A DNA stretch of 64,000 bases, taken from positions 2,016 to 66,015 of the forward strand of contig JBPOIC010000009.1 in NCBI GenBank assembly GCA_052034865.1, in the 5' to 3' direction. A program made the translations under genes and the position numbers. The stretch comes from Myxococcota bacterium. GTDB lineage: Bacteria > UBA10199 > JADFYH01. Each line of letters starts with the position of its first letter. The first letter of the stretch is position 1. The notes below the pieces were generated by a model that saw only the letters and a list, made by a program, of their open reading frames with translations, made no database searches and was not told the DNA's origin. This document shows, one piece after another, positions 38,231-48,331 of this stretch.

Positions 38231-38896
38231 ATGATTGCAGATGGAATAAATTATACAGCCTCGTCCGCAACCTCTAGTGCGGGCAAAACAAAAGATGCTT
38301 CGGGTACAACGAAGGATCAGTTTCTTCAGATCCTTCTGACTCAGCTAAAAAATCAGGATCCTCTTCAGCCGCCAGATCCAACGCAGTTCACTCAACAGTT
38401 AACCCAGTATGGGCAGCTCGAGCAGTTATTTAAGCTTAATGACAGTTTTGCTTCCCTGGCCCAATCCCAGAAATCGATTGAGCGCTCCCAGGCCCTGTCA
38501 ATGGTCAACCACACCGTGTCAGCCAAAAGTGATGAAATAGAGATTCAGAATGGACAGGTTCCTTATGTCGGAATCTCAGTGGCATCTCCGGCAGAGACTG
38601 TTCAGCTGGAGATTGTCGATTCTCTGGGTCGTGTGGTGCGCAAAGCCGAATTCTCCCATGTCAATCCTGGTACAACCTACTATGGATTTGATGGCAAAGA
38701 TGATCTGGGACAGAATCTGTCCGAAGGGATTTACCGCGTGCGATTGAAAGCCTTCAGCCCGGATCATACGCCAATATCCATAGAACCGGTCACGCAGGGT
38801 ATTGTGTCAGGAGTGGACTTCTCGAGCGGATCGCCCATGATTGAAATGGGGCATCGTCTGATCTCAATGGATGAGATCCTGTCTGTGGATGCTTAA
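38231..38896 (+). CDS. flgD: Flagellar hook capping protein FlgD
   Basis: KDQFLQILLTQLKNQDPLQPPDPTQFTQQLTQYGQLEQ motif. Internal ATG with an upstream GAGGA RBS chosen over the track start. Confidence 0.8.
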   Translation: MIADGINYTASSATSSAGKTKDASGTTKDQFLQILLTQLKNQDPLQPPDPTQFTQQLTQYGQLEQLFKLNDSFASLAQSQKSIERSQALSMVNHTVSAKSDEIEIQNGQVPYVGISVASPAETVQLEIVDSLGRVVRKAEFSHVNPGTTYYGFDGKDDLGQNLSEGIYRVRLKAFSPDHTPISIEPVTQGIVSGVDFSSGSPMIEMGHRLISMDEILSVDA

Positions 38897-38927
38897 GGAA
38901 ATTCATTAAAAATAAGGAGGGAGATTT

Positions 38928-40193
38928 ATGGGTATTTTTAACGCTCTTTTCGCTGGAGTTAACGGTATCAACTCAAACGGTAACGCAATTTCAACTTTGG
39001 GTGATAACATCGCAAACGTGAATACGATTGGTTTTAAGGCGTCGCGTGCCTCTTTTGAAGATATCCTGGCAGGAAGTGAAGCAAACATTGGATTGGGATC
39101 CCGCATTTCGAGCGTTTCTCCTCAATTCAGTCAGGGCGGATTCGAATCTTCCAGTTCTGTCACAGATCTGGCGATTGATGGTCAGGGATTCTTTGTTGTG
39201 AAAAATACGGATGGATCTACTTTCTACTCCCGCTCAGGACAATTTATCATTGATAAAGATGGTTACCTGATTAACGCATCTAACCAGCGTCTCCAGGGTT
39301 TTACCGTCGACGTCAACCATTCGATTACTTCAAACATTGACGATATCCAGATTTCTACGGCTCCCGTTCCTCCACAGCCGAGCGATAGCATTACAATGTC
39401 GATGAATCTGGATTCTAACGACACATCTCCCGCGGCCTTCAGCTTGACTGATCCGAACGGGACTTCCAATTTCTCCTCCGGTGTTACTGTTTATGACTCG
39501 CTCGGAAACAGTCATCTGGTTTCGCTTTTCTTCAGGAAGAGTGCGGCGAACAGCTGGGAATGGTTTGCATTGGTTGATGGAGGTGAGATTACCGGTGGTA
39601 CTGCAGGTGTCTATGAGCAGGAAGCAAATGGAACCATAACATTTGATACCCAAGGGGCTTTGGTCTCTGCGACAACAACTGCCAGTGACTTTGATTTTGT
39701 TGGTGCGGCTCAAACCCAGGCGATTAATTTTGATTTCGGTACAGGAACGGGTGCTGGTGGAACGGGTCTAGATGGAGTGACTCAATTCGGAAGTAATTCG
39801 GCTCTCTCGAATATTACCCAGGATGGTTATGCTTCGGGATCTCTCAAGAGCATCGATATCTCTCAAAATGGAATCATTACCGGAAACTATACGAACGGTA
39901 CTACACAGAATATTGCCCAAGTGGTTCTGGCCTCTTTCCACAACGAGGAAGCCCTGGTGCGTGTCGGTAACAACAACTATCGTGAAACGCTCGATTCCGG
40001 AAGTGCCATTATCTCAGCTCCAGCCGGCGCGGGAAAAGGGAGTCTGGTTTCTCATACCCTCGAGCAATCCAATGTTGACTTGGCCAATGAGCTCATTCGC
40101 ATGGTTATTATTCAGAGAGGTTTTCAGGCCAACTCGAGAACAATTACGACAATCAATGATATGCTCGCTCAGCTCGTGAATCTGGGACAATAA
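38928..40193 (+). CDS. flgE: Flagellar hook protein FlgE
   Basis: N-terminal ISTLGDNIANVNTIGFKASRASFED and C-terminal SNVDLANELIRMVIIQRGFQANSRTITTINDM. 421 aa. Confidence 0.9.
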   Translation: MGIFNALFAGVNGINSNGNAISTLGDNIANVNTIGFKASRASFEDILAGSEANIGLGSRISSVSPQFSQGGFESSSSVTDLAIDGQGFFVVKNTDGSTFYSRSGQFIIDKDGYLINASNQRLQGFTVDVNHSITSNIDDIQISTAPVPPQPSDSITMSMNLDSNDTSPAAFSLTDPNGTSNFSSGVTVYDSLGNSHLVSLFFRKSAANSWEWFALVDGGEITGGTAGVYEQEANGTITFDTQGALVSATTTASDFDFVGAAQTQAINFDFGTGTGAGGTGLDGVTQFGSNSALSNITQDGYASGSLKSIDISQNGIITGNYTNGTTQNIAQVVLASFHNEEALVRVGNNNYRETLDSGSAIISAPAGAGKGSLVSHTLEQSNVDLANELIRMVIIQRGFQANSRTITTINDMLAQLVNLGQ

Positions 40194-40242
40194 CTTCGTT
40201 TCATTTTCCGATCCTGTACGCTTCGATTTTCAGGGTCGGTAA

Positions 40243-40827
40243 ATGGAGCTGATTTCAAGGAGATTTCCCTTGTCTAAAAAAATCATCATCATCGCAGCGG
40301 CCGTGCTTCTTCTGGGCGGGGGGGCAGCAGGATATTTTCTTTTCATGAAAAAGGACAAACCTGCAGCACATGCAACGGAATCCAAGGAAGAAAAAGGCCA
40401 TGAAGCTGCGGACGAGGAAACGGCCAAGGAAAACAAGGAAATCCATGAAGATCGAAAACCCGCTCCGCCGGAAGAAGAAACGGCTGCAGAAGAGGAACAT
40501 GGAAGTGAAGGAGGAGAGGAAAAAGAACCTCTGGTTTTCAAGTTTGATCCAATGGTTGTAAACATCTTCGACAAAAATACGATTCACTATCTCAAAATCG
40601 GTCTGGAGATCAGTTGTAGCAATGCAGAAGTGGTGGAAGAAATTAAGGTGAAAAAATCCCAGCTTCAGGACCGCATGATGTTTTTGACAGGAGACACCAG
40701 CTTGAGAGAAATTTTAACCTCCGGAGGAAAAACGCTTCTCAAGGAAGATCTGCAGGAAGCCTTCAACCGAATCCTTAAAAAAGGAAAAGTGAAAAAAATA
40801 TATTTCACTGACTTTACGATTCAATAG
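40243..40827 (+). CDS. fliL: Flagellar basal body-associated protein FliL
   Basis: Single N-terminal TM (IIIAAAVLLLGGGAAGYFLFM), acidic linker, then the FliL core (LVFKFDPMVVNIFDKNTIHYLKIGLEI...LKEDLQEAFNRIL). Confidence 0.7.
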   Translation: MELISRRFPLSKKIIIIAAAVLLLGGGAAGYFLFMKKDKPAAHATESKEEKGHEAADEETAKENKEIHEDRKPAPPEEETAAEEEHGSEGGEEKEPLVFKFDPMVVNIFDKNTIHYLKIGLEISCSNAEVVEEIKVKKSQLQDRMMFLTGDTSLREILTSGGKTLLKEDLQEAFNRILKKGKVKKIYFTDFTIQ

Positions 40828-41000
40828 CCAAAGTTCAGCCACTTCGGCTTATGGTGCTGTGTTTGGATCACATAGTCATCAAGTGTTCTTGACTCACCCA
40901 GGAATTTCACTTCGATAGAAGAATCACGCTCTGTCAGAATCTCAACGCGGAAAGATTGACCCAACCTTCTCTTTTTCCACTCCCGATTTAATGAGAGGAG

Positions 41001-41053
41001 GAAAAAAATTCCCTGTCATTTTTATCCATTTCAATTCACAAAAAAATTCCCTT
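41001..41053 (+). promoter_or_regulatory. Direct repeat pair (AAAAAAATTCCCT x2, 38 nt apart) upstream of the candidate fliM promoter; possible activator (EBP) binding sites
   Basis: A 13-nt perfect direct repeat at 41003-41015 and 41041-41053 sits 40-100 nt upstream of the sigma-54-like element, inside the unusually long 270-nt fliL-fliM spacer. Confidence 0.25.
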
Positions 41054-41093
41054 TAAAATTCAGAAATTAGATCACGTTAGAATCGGGATGTTC

Positions 41094-41109
41094 TGGTATG
41101 CGGCTTGCA
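41094..41109 (+). promoter_or_regulatory. Candidate sigma-54 promoter overlapping the annotated fliM start
   Basis: TGGtat-gcggc-TTGCA has exact -24/-12 spacing. It overlaps the first ATG of the fliM ORF, so either the match is fortuitous or the fliM start lies downstream (next ATG at 41122). Confidence 0.3.
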
Positions 41110-42060
41110 AACCAATCAGGCATGCCCGAATCAGTAAACTCAATTTCCTCTGCGTCTGAGGTCTCTGCCAAAAACAGGCCGCCCTCCCATCTTTGGGAAG
41201 GGGAAAGTTCTCCCTATCCTCTTTTTGAAGCGGCTTCAGCCGGGGATAACCGCCTTAAAAGTCTGGATCAGATTGGTCAGGAAATCGCTGGCTCTCTTCA
41301 GGGGAGTTTAACGGTTCTGTGGAAAGATGTCGAAAAAGTCGAATGGGAGAAAAATGAAATTGTTTCAGCCAAGGATTGCCTGAAGGGGTTGAATGTTGAA
41401 AATCATCTGGTGATTCAATGGATCACCAGCGCCCAGAAAATTAAAGGCTATCTGGTGTTGGATAAAAAATTTTTTGTGGAGCTTTATAATTTCCTTTTGG
41501 GCGGAAAACAGCCCAGTACCCGTAGCCAATCTCTTACTCTTCTCGAACAATCCTATCTGAATCGGGTGGTCGTTTCCATCCTCGAAGTGATTTCACATTC
41601 CTGGTCCACTAAAATTCCATGGAATTTGACCTCCGAAAAATTTCTCGAAGAGGCCGTTGCTCTGGAAAATGAAGTGCTCACTTCGGATTTCATCCGCATC
41701 TGCCTTAAGGTTACAGTAAAAGAAATCCCTTCGGTTTATTTGCTCATCGTTCCCAAGGAAATCCTGACCTGCCTTGCAAGTCCTTCTCAGAATCTGAAAG
41801 TCGAAGATGAAAAACAGCCTCTCCTCGATGAGGAATGGAGACAGGGAGTCCTTCATTCCATTGGTGTGACCCAGGTCCCGGTTGCGGTTGAACTGGGATG
41901 CATCCATACGACGCTTCAGAAAATCATCGCGCTTAAAGTGGAGGATGTATTTTCTCTCGATATTCCGGCCGAAGGACACCAGATCCATATCGGCGGGAAA
42001 TCAGCATTCCGAGGCTCTCTGGGAATATTGGGAGAAAACAAGGCGGTTAAAATCATTTAA
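41098..42060 (+). CDS. fliM: Flagellar motor switch protein FliM (divergent)
   Basis: Position between fliL and fliN, about 320 aa, C-terminal SpoA-like segment (VGVTQVPVAVELGCIHTTLQKIIALKVEDVFSLD). The canonical N-terminal LSQxEIDALL motif is not evident, and the start is uncertain. Confidence 0.5.
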   Translation: MRLANQSGMPESVNSISSASEVSAKNRPPSHLWEGESSPYPLFEAASAGDNRLKSLDQIGQEIAGSLQGSLTVLWKDVEKVEWEKNEIVSAKDCLKGLNVENHLVIQWITSAQKIKGYLVLDKKFFVELYNFLLGGKQPSTRSQSLTLLEQSYLNRVVVSILEVISHSWSTKIPWNLTSEKFLEEAVALENEVLTSDFIRICLKVTVKEIPSVYLLIVPKEILTCLASPSQNLKVEDEKQPLLDEEWRQGVLHSIGVTQVPVAVELGCIHTTLQKIIALKVEDVFSLDIPAEGHQIHIGGKSAFRGSLGILGENKAVKII

Positions 42061-42080
42061 CTGTCTGGAAGGAGGAGATC

Positions 42081-42383
42081 TTGTCAGAAGCATCCACAAA
42101 TTCCGAAATGGCCTCGGGTTCTTCAGATCTGTCGCTAGTCATGGATGTTCCAGTGACGCTGCAGGTGTTTTTAGGAGAGGCAACCCTGACTGTGGAGGAA
42201 ATCCTGAAGTGCGGAAAGGGCTCTGTCATCCCTCTCAATCAGAAAGTGGGAGAGCCATTTTTGGTCCTTCTTCAGAAAAAGCCAATCGCGCAGGGTGAAA
42301 TTGTTCAGGCAGGAGAAAATCTGGGGATCAAGATTACAAACGTGATGAATGAAAAACCCGTTTCAGCAGGTGAAGCTCAGTGA
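42081..42383 (+). CDS. fliN: Flagellar motor switch protein FliN
   Basis: SpoA domain (LSLVMDVPVTLQVFLGEATLTVEEILKCGKGSVIPLNQKVGEPFLVLLQKKPIAQGEIV). TTG start 5 nt after GGAGG, or the ATG at 42108. Confidence 0.8.
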   Translation: MSEASTNSEMASGSSDLSLVMDVPVTLQVFLGEATLTVEEILKCGKGSVIPLNQKVGEPFLVLLQKKPIAQGEIVQAGENLGIKITNVMNEKPVSAGEAQ

Positions 42384-42390
42384 GAAACTT

Positions 42391-43191
42391 ATGAAAATCC
42401 TCATTCATAAAAATAAAAGAAACAGAATCATCCCGTGTTTCATCTTCTTTCTGATTTTTGCCTCGCCTGGTTCCTGTGTTTTTGGAGCTGAAGAGGTTTT
42501 TCAGGCAAACCCTTCTGTCCGTCCGTCCCCTGAAAAGCTCATTGATCTGATGGCAAAAAATCAACTGGGGATTCAGTCAGAAGAGGAAATGTCGGTGACA
42601 GGAGATCTCCCGACGATCCAGAAAGCTCCTTCTTCGAACATCAGTCTGCTCAATTCCAAAAGAGAAGAAGAGAGTTTGCCCTGGTCCAAGACCATTCTTA
42701 CTTCCCTCTTTCTTTGCACTCTTATTGCCCTGGGGGCCTGGGGGGTTCAGAAACTCTCCAAAGGAAAGCTTCCGCGACGTTTGGTCGAGAATGAAGAGTT
42801 TCAAATCCTTCAAAACGTTTCGTTGGGTTTAAAGAGGCAGCTCGTGATCGCCCGAATGGGATCCTCAAGACTGTTAATTGGCTTGAGCGGCTCTCAAATC
42901 CAGCTTCTGCATACAAATGAAGAAAAAGAGATTCCTCAACCCAAAGCTGTAGCAGATCCGGTGATAACCCAAAAGCAGGTTGCCGCCTCTGCAAAACCTC
43001 CAGCATTTCAGTCTGCTGACCCTCTGGATTTTGATTTCTCCAGGCGCATTCAGCAGGTCCTGGAGCAGCTGGGCCCCATTTCTTTTGACAGGAAAAAAAC
43101 ATCCGAAAATTCCCGGACAGAAAAAACAGATTCCAATCGAATTCCAGAAGGATCTGCAAAAAATTCCCGACTGGTGAGTATGAGAAATTAG
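42391..43191 (+). CDS. fliO: FliO-like flagellar export apparatus protein (long form)
   Basis: Located immediately before fliP. Signal-like N-terminus and one central TM (ILTSLFLCTLIALGAWGV). At 266 aa it is longer than typical FliO. Confidence 0.4.
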   Translation: MKILIHKNKRNRIIPCFIFFLIFASPGSCVFGAEEVFQANPSVRPSPEKLIDLMAKNQLGIQSEEEMSVTGDLPTIQKAPSSNISLLNSKREEESLPWSKTILTSLFLCTLIALGAWGVQKLSKGKLPRRLVENEEFQILQNVSLGLKRQLVIARMGSSRLLIGLSGSQIQLLHTNEEKEIPQPKAVADPVITQKQVAASAKPPAFQSADPLDFDFSRRIQQVLEQLGPISFDRKKTSENSRTEKTDSNRIPEGSAKNSRLVSMRN

Positions 43192-43277
43192 TCCGTGATG
43201 ATTTTTAAAAATGAAAAATCCAAAAGTCCATCGAGGTTCGAAGGACTTGTGTATTCCTTGATGCATTTTAAAACCGG

Positions 43278-44039
43278 ATGATTATGCGACTTCGTCGAAT
43301 AATTCCATGTGCGATCCTGCTGATTCTGATGGGAGGATTTTCCCGTTTGGGTTTTTCTGCCTCTGCCATTCCTTCGCTGAATATCAGTGTGGGGGGCGCT
43401 GAAAATCCGGTTGGCATGGCTTCGGCCATGAAGATCTTTATTTTTCTGACGCTTGTTTCCATTGGTCCTGCACTTTTGCTCACGATGACTTCCTTTACCC
43501 GGATTATCATCGTCCTTTCGTTCTTAAGACAGGCCATTGGTGTGCAGCAATCGCCTCCAAATCAGATAATCATTGGGCTTGCCCTGTTTCTGACTGTCTT
43601 TTCCATGTCACCCATTTTCAGGGAAATCTATGGCGGGGCGGTGGCACCCTTTTTAAAAGAAGAAATTACTCAGGAAGTAGCGATCGAAAAGGCAACAAGT
43701 CCTTTAAAAAGTTTCATGTTCAATCAGACCCGCAAGGCAGATCTGGAACTGTTTCTATCAATTTCGCATTCTCAGGCACCCAAGAATCTTGAGGAGCTGT
43801 CGCTGTCTGTCCTGGTTCCATCCTTTATCATCAGCGAACTCAAGACCGCTTTTCAGATGGGATTTTTAATCTATCTGCCTTTCGTTCTGATCGATCTGGT
43901 CGTTTCGATGGTTCTGCTTGTGATGGGAATGATGGTTTTGCCTCCCATCGTTATTTCACTTCCATTCAAGCTAATGCTTTTTGTCCTCGTCGATGGATGG
44001 ACCCTGGTGGTGGGATCTCTCATGAGGAGTTTTAAATGA
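43278..44039 (+). CDS. fliP: Flagellar export apparatus protein FliP
   Basis: Signal peptide plus conserved FliP core (SFTRIIIVLSFLRQAIGVQQSPPNQIIIGLALFLTVFSM...GFLIYLPFVLIDLVVSMVLL). Confidence 0.9.
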   Translation: MIMRLRRIIPCAILLILMGGFSRLGFSASAIPSLNISVGGAENPVGMASAMKIFIFLTLVSIGPALLLTMTSFTRIIIVLSFLRQAIGVQQSPPNQIIIGLALFLTVFSMSPIFREIYGGAVAPFLKEEITQEVAIEKATSPLKSFMFNQTRKADLELFLSISHSQAPKNLEELSLSVLVPSFIISELKTAFQMGFLIYLPFVLIDLVVSMVLLVMGMMVLPPIVISLPFKLMLFVLVDGWTLVVGSLMRSFK

Positions 44040-44308
44040 CGACGGCCTTTGTGGTGGAAATCGCTCGCGAGACGGTTTGGACTTCGATGCTGGTTTTGGC
44101 ACCGATTCTGATTGTGGGTTTTATCATGGGAGTTCTGGTGAGTTTTATTCAGACGATTCTGCAATTGCAGGACACAACCGTAGCGGTCATCCCCAAGGTA
44201 GTTTCGATTTCCCTGACTCTCGTTATTTTTGGTCACTGGATGTTGAGTCGTCTGATGAACTACACCGCCCATTTTCTGGGAAACTTTATTTCAATGACTT
44301 TAAACTGA
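44036..44308 (+). CDS. fliQ: Flagellar export apparatus protein FliQ
   Basis: 90 aa, two TM segments (ILIVGFIMGVLVSFIQTILQLQDTTVAVIPKVV). ATGA overlap with fliP. Confidence 0.9.
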   Translation: MTTAFVVEIARETVWTSMLVLAPILIVGFIMGVLVSFIQTILQLQDTTVAVIPKVVSISLTLVIFGHWMLSRLMNYTAHFLGNFISMTLN

Positions 44309-44315
44309 GTAAACC

Positions 44316-45074
44316 ATGAACTGGCTCGAATACTTTCTACAACTGGTTTTGTTTACCTTCCGGATCGGGGCCCTGTTTGTTGCGGCACCGCTCTTCAGCA
44401 CCCACAGCATTTCACCCGCTCTGAAATTCTTTTTTGCACTCGCTCTCTCTTCGATGCTGCTGCCTTTTCAGCCCCATCTTCCAGAAGCTATCTGGAAGGA
44501 AAATTCCGTTTTGATCCTCGTACTGGCCCGCGAGATTGGCCTGGGACTGATGATGGGATTTTCCATTCGGTTAATCTTCGTCTTCATCACTTTGACCCTG
44601 GAATTCATGGGACTCCAGATTGGCTTTTCAATTGCAAACATGTTCGATCCGCAAACGAACTCCCAGATTTCCGTACTCGCGGAATTGGGAGTCTATCTTT
44701 CTTTCATTCTGTTTTTTTCGACAAACCTCCATCATGAAATGATTTATGCCCTGATCAAAACCTATCAGAAATTTCCGATCGGGCTTCCGGACTGGGATCT
44801 CAAACCCATGCTGGCAGGAATCCTGTATCTGCTTCAGGAAATTTTTGAGGCAGCGGTTCGTCTCTCCTTCCCGGTCGTGGTCTCCATGTGGATCATTCAT
44901 CTTATTCTGGGAGTGGTCTCGCGAACATCCCCACAGATGAATCTCTTTTTCAATATCACCTTTATTCTCAATATCGTGAGCGGGCTGTTACTCATCAATC
45001 TTTATTGGCCACAGATTCTCAGTCACACACAGACGATGTCGATAAAGCTTTTTCGAAACGCTTATTATCTTTGA
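44316..45074 (+). CDS. fliR: Flagellar export apparatus protein FliR
   Basis: 252 aa polytopic membrane protein following fliQ (FRIGALFVAAPLFS...). Confidence 0.85.
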   Translation: MNWLEYFLQLVLFTFRIGALFVAAPLFSTHSISPALKFFFALALSSMLLPFQPHLPEAIWKENSVLILVLAREIGLGLMMGFSIRLIFVFITLTLEFMGLQIGFSIANMFDPQTNSQISVLAELGVYLSFILFFSTNLHHEMIYALIKTYQKFPIGLPDWDLKPMLAGILYLLQEIFEAAVRLSFPVVVSMWIIHLILGVVSRTSPQMNLFFNITFILNIVSGLLLINLYWPQILSHTQTMSIKLFRNAYYL

Positions 45075-45162
45075 TCCAATAACGATCATTTTCTGAAGCA
45101 GAGAATACTGCGGTTTTAAAACCTTAAATTTTGCCGGGTTTCAGGATTCAGGAATCATTCCT

Positions 45163-46254
45163 ATGGCTGAAAAAAGTGACCAGGAAAAAACGGAAGAACC
45201 TTCAGAGAAACGGGTCGAGGAATTCAGATCCGAAGGACGCATTGCGCGCAGTGTGGAGCTCAGTTCTCTGATAACACTGGCTGCGGGTTTTGTGTCTCTT
45301 TTCGCAATTCGGGGAGTGTTGGGAGATCGTATCCTTTTCAGTTTCCGGGATGCCTTAAGCTTCGATGGAAATCCGGATACCCATTCTTTTATAACGTGGG
45401 TTTTTACTGATCTCGTTCCTGTCATGTACTGGATTGGAGTCCTGTTTGCGATCATTCTGGTCTGCGCCGTCTGTGGTTCGCTTGCGCAGACGGGTTTGGT
45501 TTTTTCTTCCAAACGCATTCTTCCCCGATTTGACGGTTTAAGTCCTGCCCAGGGAATCAAGAAAATTTTCTCTCAAAAGGCCCTCGTTCAGTTTATCAAA
45601 AACTTTAGCAAGGTTCTCGTGATCGGCTGGATCGCCTATGTTTTTTTAAATGGCCACCGTGGAGAGATCATTTCATCTCATGAACTGAATCTCCAGCAGG
45701 GAATCGCCTGGGCGGTGCATCTGATCGCCATGGTTCTCATGCGGATTTTTCTGTTTCTGCTCGTTTTGTCCGGATCCGATTATCTTTATCAATGGTGGAC
45801 GATTCATCAGGAGATGAAGATGAGTCGACAGGAATTAAAAGATGAAATGAAAGAGCGTGAGGTTTCACCCGAAGTTAAAAACAAGGTCCGTCGGGTATCG
45901 ATGGAGAGGGCGAAACGGCAGATCCAGCGGGATGTGCCACTGGCCGATGTAATTGTGACCAATCCCACGCATTATGCAGTCGCGTTGCGCTATGAGCGGC
46001 TGAAAGATCCGGCGCCTAGAGTTGTAGCCAAAGGAAAAGATCATCTGGCGGCGGTAATCCGGGCCCTGGCTCAGGAGAATGAAGTCCCCCTTTATGAGTA
46101 TCCGGAGCTTGCCAGGAATCTTTACAGTAAAGTGAAGGTCGGCAAGACGATCCCAGCAGAATTGTATCCAACCGTTGCCCGCGTGCTTGCTTACATCTAT
46201 CAGATTTATCAGAAGCGCTATCAGAAGAAAGGAGAGATCCGCTATGTGGGGTAA
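45163..46254 (+). CDS. flhB: Flagellar export apparatus protein FlhB
   Basis: N-terminal EKRVEEFRSEGRIARS, four TM segments, autocleavage motif NPTH (VIVTNPTHYAVAL). Confidence 0.9.
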   Translation: MAEKSDQEKTEEPSEKRVEEFRSEGRIARSVELSSLITLAAGFVSLFAIRGVLGDRILFSFRDALSFDGNPDTHSFITWVFTDLVPVMYWIGVLFAIILVCAVCGSLAQTGLVFSSKRILPRFDGLSPAQGIKKIFSQKALVQFIKNFSKVLVIGWIAYVFLNGHRGEIISSHELNLQQGIAWAVHLIAMVLMRIFLFLLVLSGSDYLYQWWTIHQEMKMSRQELKDEMKEREVSPEVKNKVRRVSMERAKRQIQRDVPLADVIVTNPTHYAVALRYERLKDPAPRVVAKGKDHLAAVIRALAQENEVPLYEYPELARNLYSKVKVGKTIPAELYPTVARVLAYIYQIYQKRYQKKGEIRYVG

Positions 46255-48331
46255 CCTTTCTTATAAAAACCTTTTGAAAGAAGGTGGAGACCTTCTCCTT
46301 GTGCTGGGACTTGCAGGAGTCGTCCTTCTGATGATCATTCCTGTTCCGGCTTATCTGGTCGACGTCTTCCTTGTTTTTTCGATTACCCTCTCGATTCTGA
46401 TTTTCATGGTTTCACTGTACTCTTCCCGTCCCCTCGATTTTTCTGTTTTTCCAACCCTCATTCTCTTTGCCACTCTAATTCGCCTGACCCTGAATGTAGC
46501 GAGTACGCGTCTGATTTTACTGAACGGCAGTTCGGGAGATGAGGCCGCCGGCAAGGTGATCAAGGCCTTTGGCTATTTTGTGGCTGGAGGAAATTACATT
46601 GTTGGATTTATTATTTTCATCATTCTGATCGTCATCAATTTCGTGGTCATCACAAAAGGCGCAGGAAGAATTGCCGAAGTCGCTGCGCGTTTCACCCTCG
46701 ATGCCATGCCCGGAAAACAGCTGGCCGTCGATGCCGATCTGAACGCCGGAGCGATCACGGATCAGGAAGCCAAGCGCAGGCGTGAAGAGCTTGAAAAGCA
46801 TGCTGATTTTTATGGAGCGATGGATGGAGCTTCAAAGTTTGTCCGCGGCGATGCCGTGGCTGGCATTCTCATCACCGTCGTCAATGTCATCGGTGGATTC
46901 ATTATTGGAATGGCGCAAGAAGGTCTCGATTTTTCCGAAGCTGCCCGCATCTACACGGTGTTGAGTATTGGGGATGGGCTTGTGGGGCAGATTCCTGCCC
47001 TTATCATTTCTACGGCTGCAGGTCTGATCGTTACCAAGGTTTCCAATCAGCATCGCCTTTCTGAAGAAATTGGGGCCCAGACTTTGGCTCATTGGCGACC
47101 GATGGCTATGGCCGGCGTGATCCTCTTTGTGCTCAGTCTGGTGCCAGGGCTACCTCACCTGCTCTTTATTCTCATGGCGGCCTTGTTGGGTTTCGCGAGT
47201 TACCGGATCTGGTCGCGAGAAAAAGAAGAGACGATGAACCAGAGCCAGGTGGAGCTTACCCGAGAGAGCAGTCCGAACCAGACATCCCAGCAGGTGGATA
47301 ATGTGCCGCTTCTAGATCCGATCGAAATCGAAGTGGGATACGATCTGGTGGGGCTGGTCGATCAGCGCTCGGCCGGTGAATTTCCACAGCGCGTCCTGGG
47401 CATTCGACGTCAGCTCGCGACGGAAATGGGAATTCTGCTTCCTCCCGTCCACATCCGCGACAATCTGAAATTCAAACCCAATGAATACCGCATCCTTTTG
47501 AAAGGTGCCACGATCGCCAGAGGAGAGCTGCTTCCCAAACACCTGCTCGCCCTCGATCCCGGAATGACCACCCGCCAGATTGAAGGAGTCCCGACCCAGG
47601 ATCCGACCTTTGGGCTTCCGGCACTCTGGATTACCGAAGAAATGCGGGATGCGGCGATGATCGCCGGTTATACCGTTGTCGATCTGCCTAGTGTTCTAGC
47701 GACCCATCTCATGGAAGTCCTGCGCCACAATCTGCATGAAATCTTTGGCTGGCAGGATATGTCTAAACTGATCGAACAGCTCAAAGTCACCAATCCCAAG
47801 CTCGTGTCCGATCTGATTCCTGAGATGCTTCCTTTTGGCCAGATTCTAAAAGTTCTTCAGAATCTTTTGCGTGAACAGGTTTCGATCCGTGATCTGGTCA
47901 CTATTTTCGAAACACTGGCGGAAAATGCCATCCATACGAAAGATCCCTACGAACTGACGCAGTTTGTACGCGTGGCTTTGGGACGCAGCATTTCGCAACG
48001 CCATCTTGCCTCTGATCAGAAGCTCTATGCCTTAACTCTGGCACGATCGATGGAAGAAAAACTCCTGCAGTCGGTGACGAATACAAAGAATGGGCCTCAG
48101 ATCGTTCTCGATCCGAACATGGCGCGAAGCTTTGTCGAAGAGATCGGGAAAAAAGTGAAAGAAAAGGTCACCAGCCATCAGTCGCCAGTTCTGCTGACTT
48201 CCCAGCAGGTGCGTCCTCATCTTTCTCAGCTCATTGAAAAATTTATACCTAACCTGGCCGTCCTTGCGCATAGCGAAGTCGCCGGTCACGTCAATGTCAT
48301 GCCGATTGGCATGATTGGGGAGGGATTATGA
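46244..48331 (+). CDS. flhA: Flagellar export apparatus protein FlhA
   Basis: Conserved FHIPxxG-type TM core (AGRIAEVAARFTLDAMPGKQLAVDADLNAGAI) and a large cytoplasmic C-terminal domain. Start at the internal ATG (MWGNLSYK). Confidence 0.9.
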   Translation: MWGNLSYKNLLKEGGDLLLVLGLAGVVLLMIIPVPAYLVDVFLVFSITLSILIFMVSLYSSRPLDFSVFPTLILFATLIRLTLNVASTRLILLNGSSGDEAAGKVIKAFGYFVAGGNYIVGFIIFIILIVINFVVITKGAGRIAEVAARFTLDAMPGKQLAVDADLNAGAITDQEAKRRREELEKHADFYGAMDGASKFVRGDAVAGILITVVNVIGGFIIGMAQEGLDFSEAARIYTVLSIGDGLVGQIPALIISTAAGLIVTKVSNQHRLSEEIGAQTLAHWRPMAMAGVILFVLSLVPGLPHLLFILMAALLGFASYRIWSREKEETMNQSQVELTRESSPNQTSQQVDNVPLLDPIEIEVGYDLVGLVDQRSAGEFPQRVLGIRRQLATEMGILLPPVHIRDNLKFKPNEYRILLKGATIARGELLPKHLLALDPGMTTRQIEGVPTQDPTFGLPALWITEEMRDAAMIAGYTVVDLPSVLATHLMEVLRHNLHEIFGWQDMSKLIEQLKVTNPKLVSDLIPEMLPFGQILKVLQNLLREQVSIRDLVTIFETLAENAIHTKDPYELTQFVRVALGRSISQRHLASDQKLYALTLARSMEEKLLQSVTNTKNGPQIVLDPNMARSFVEEIGKKVKEKVTSHQSPVLLTSQQVRPHLSQLIEKFIPNLAVLAHSEVAGHVNVMPIGMIGEGL

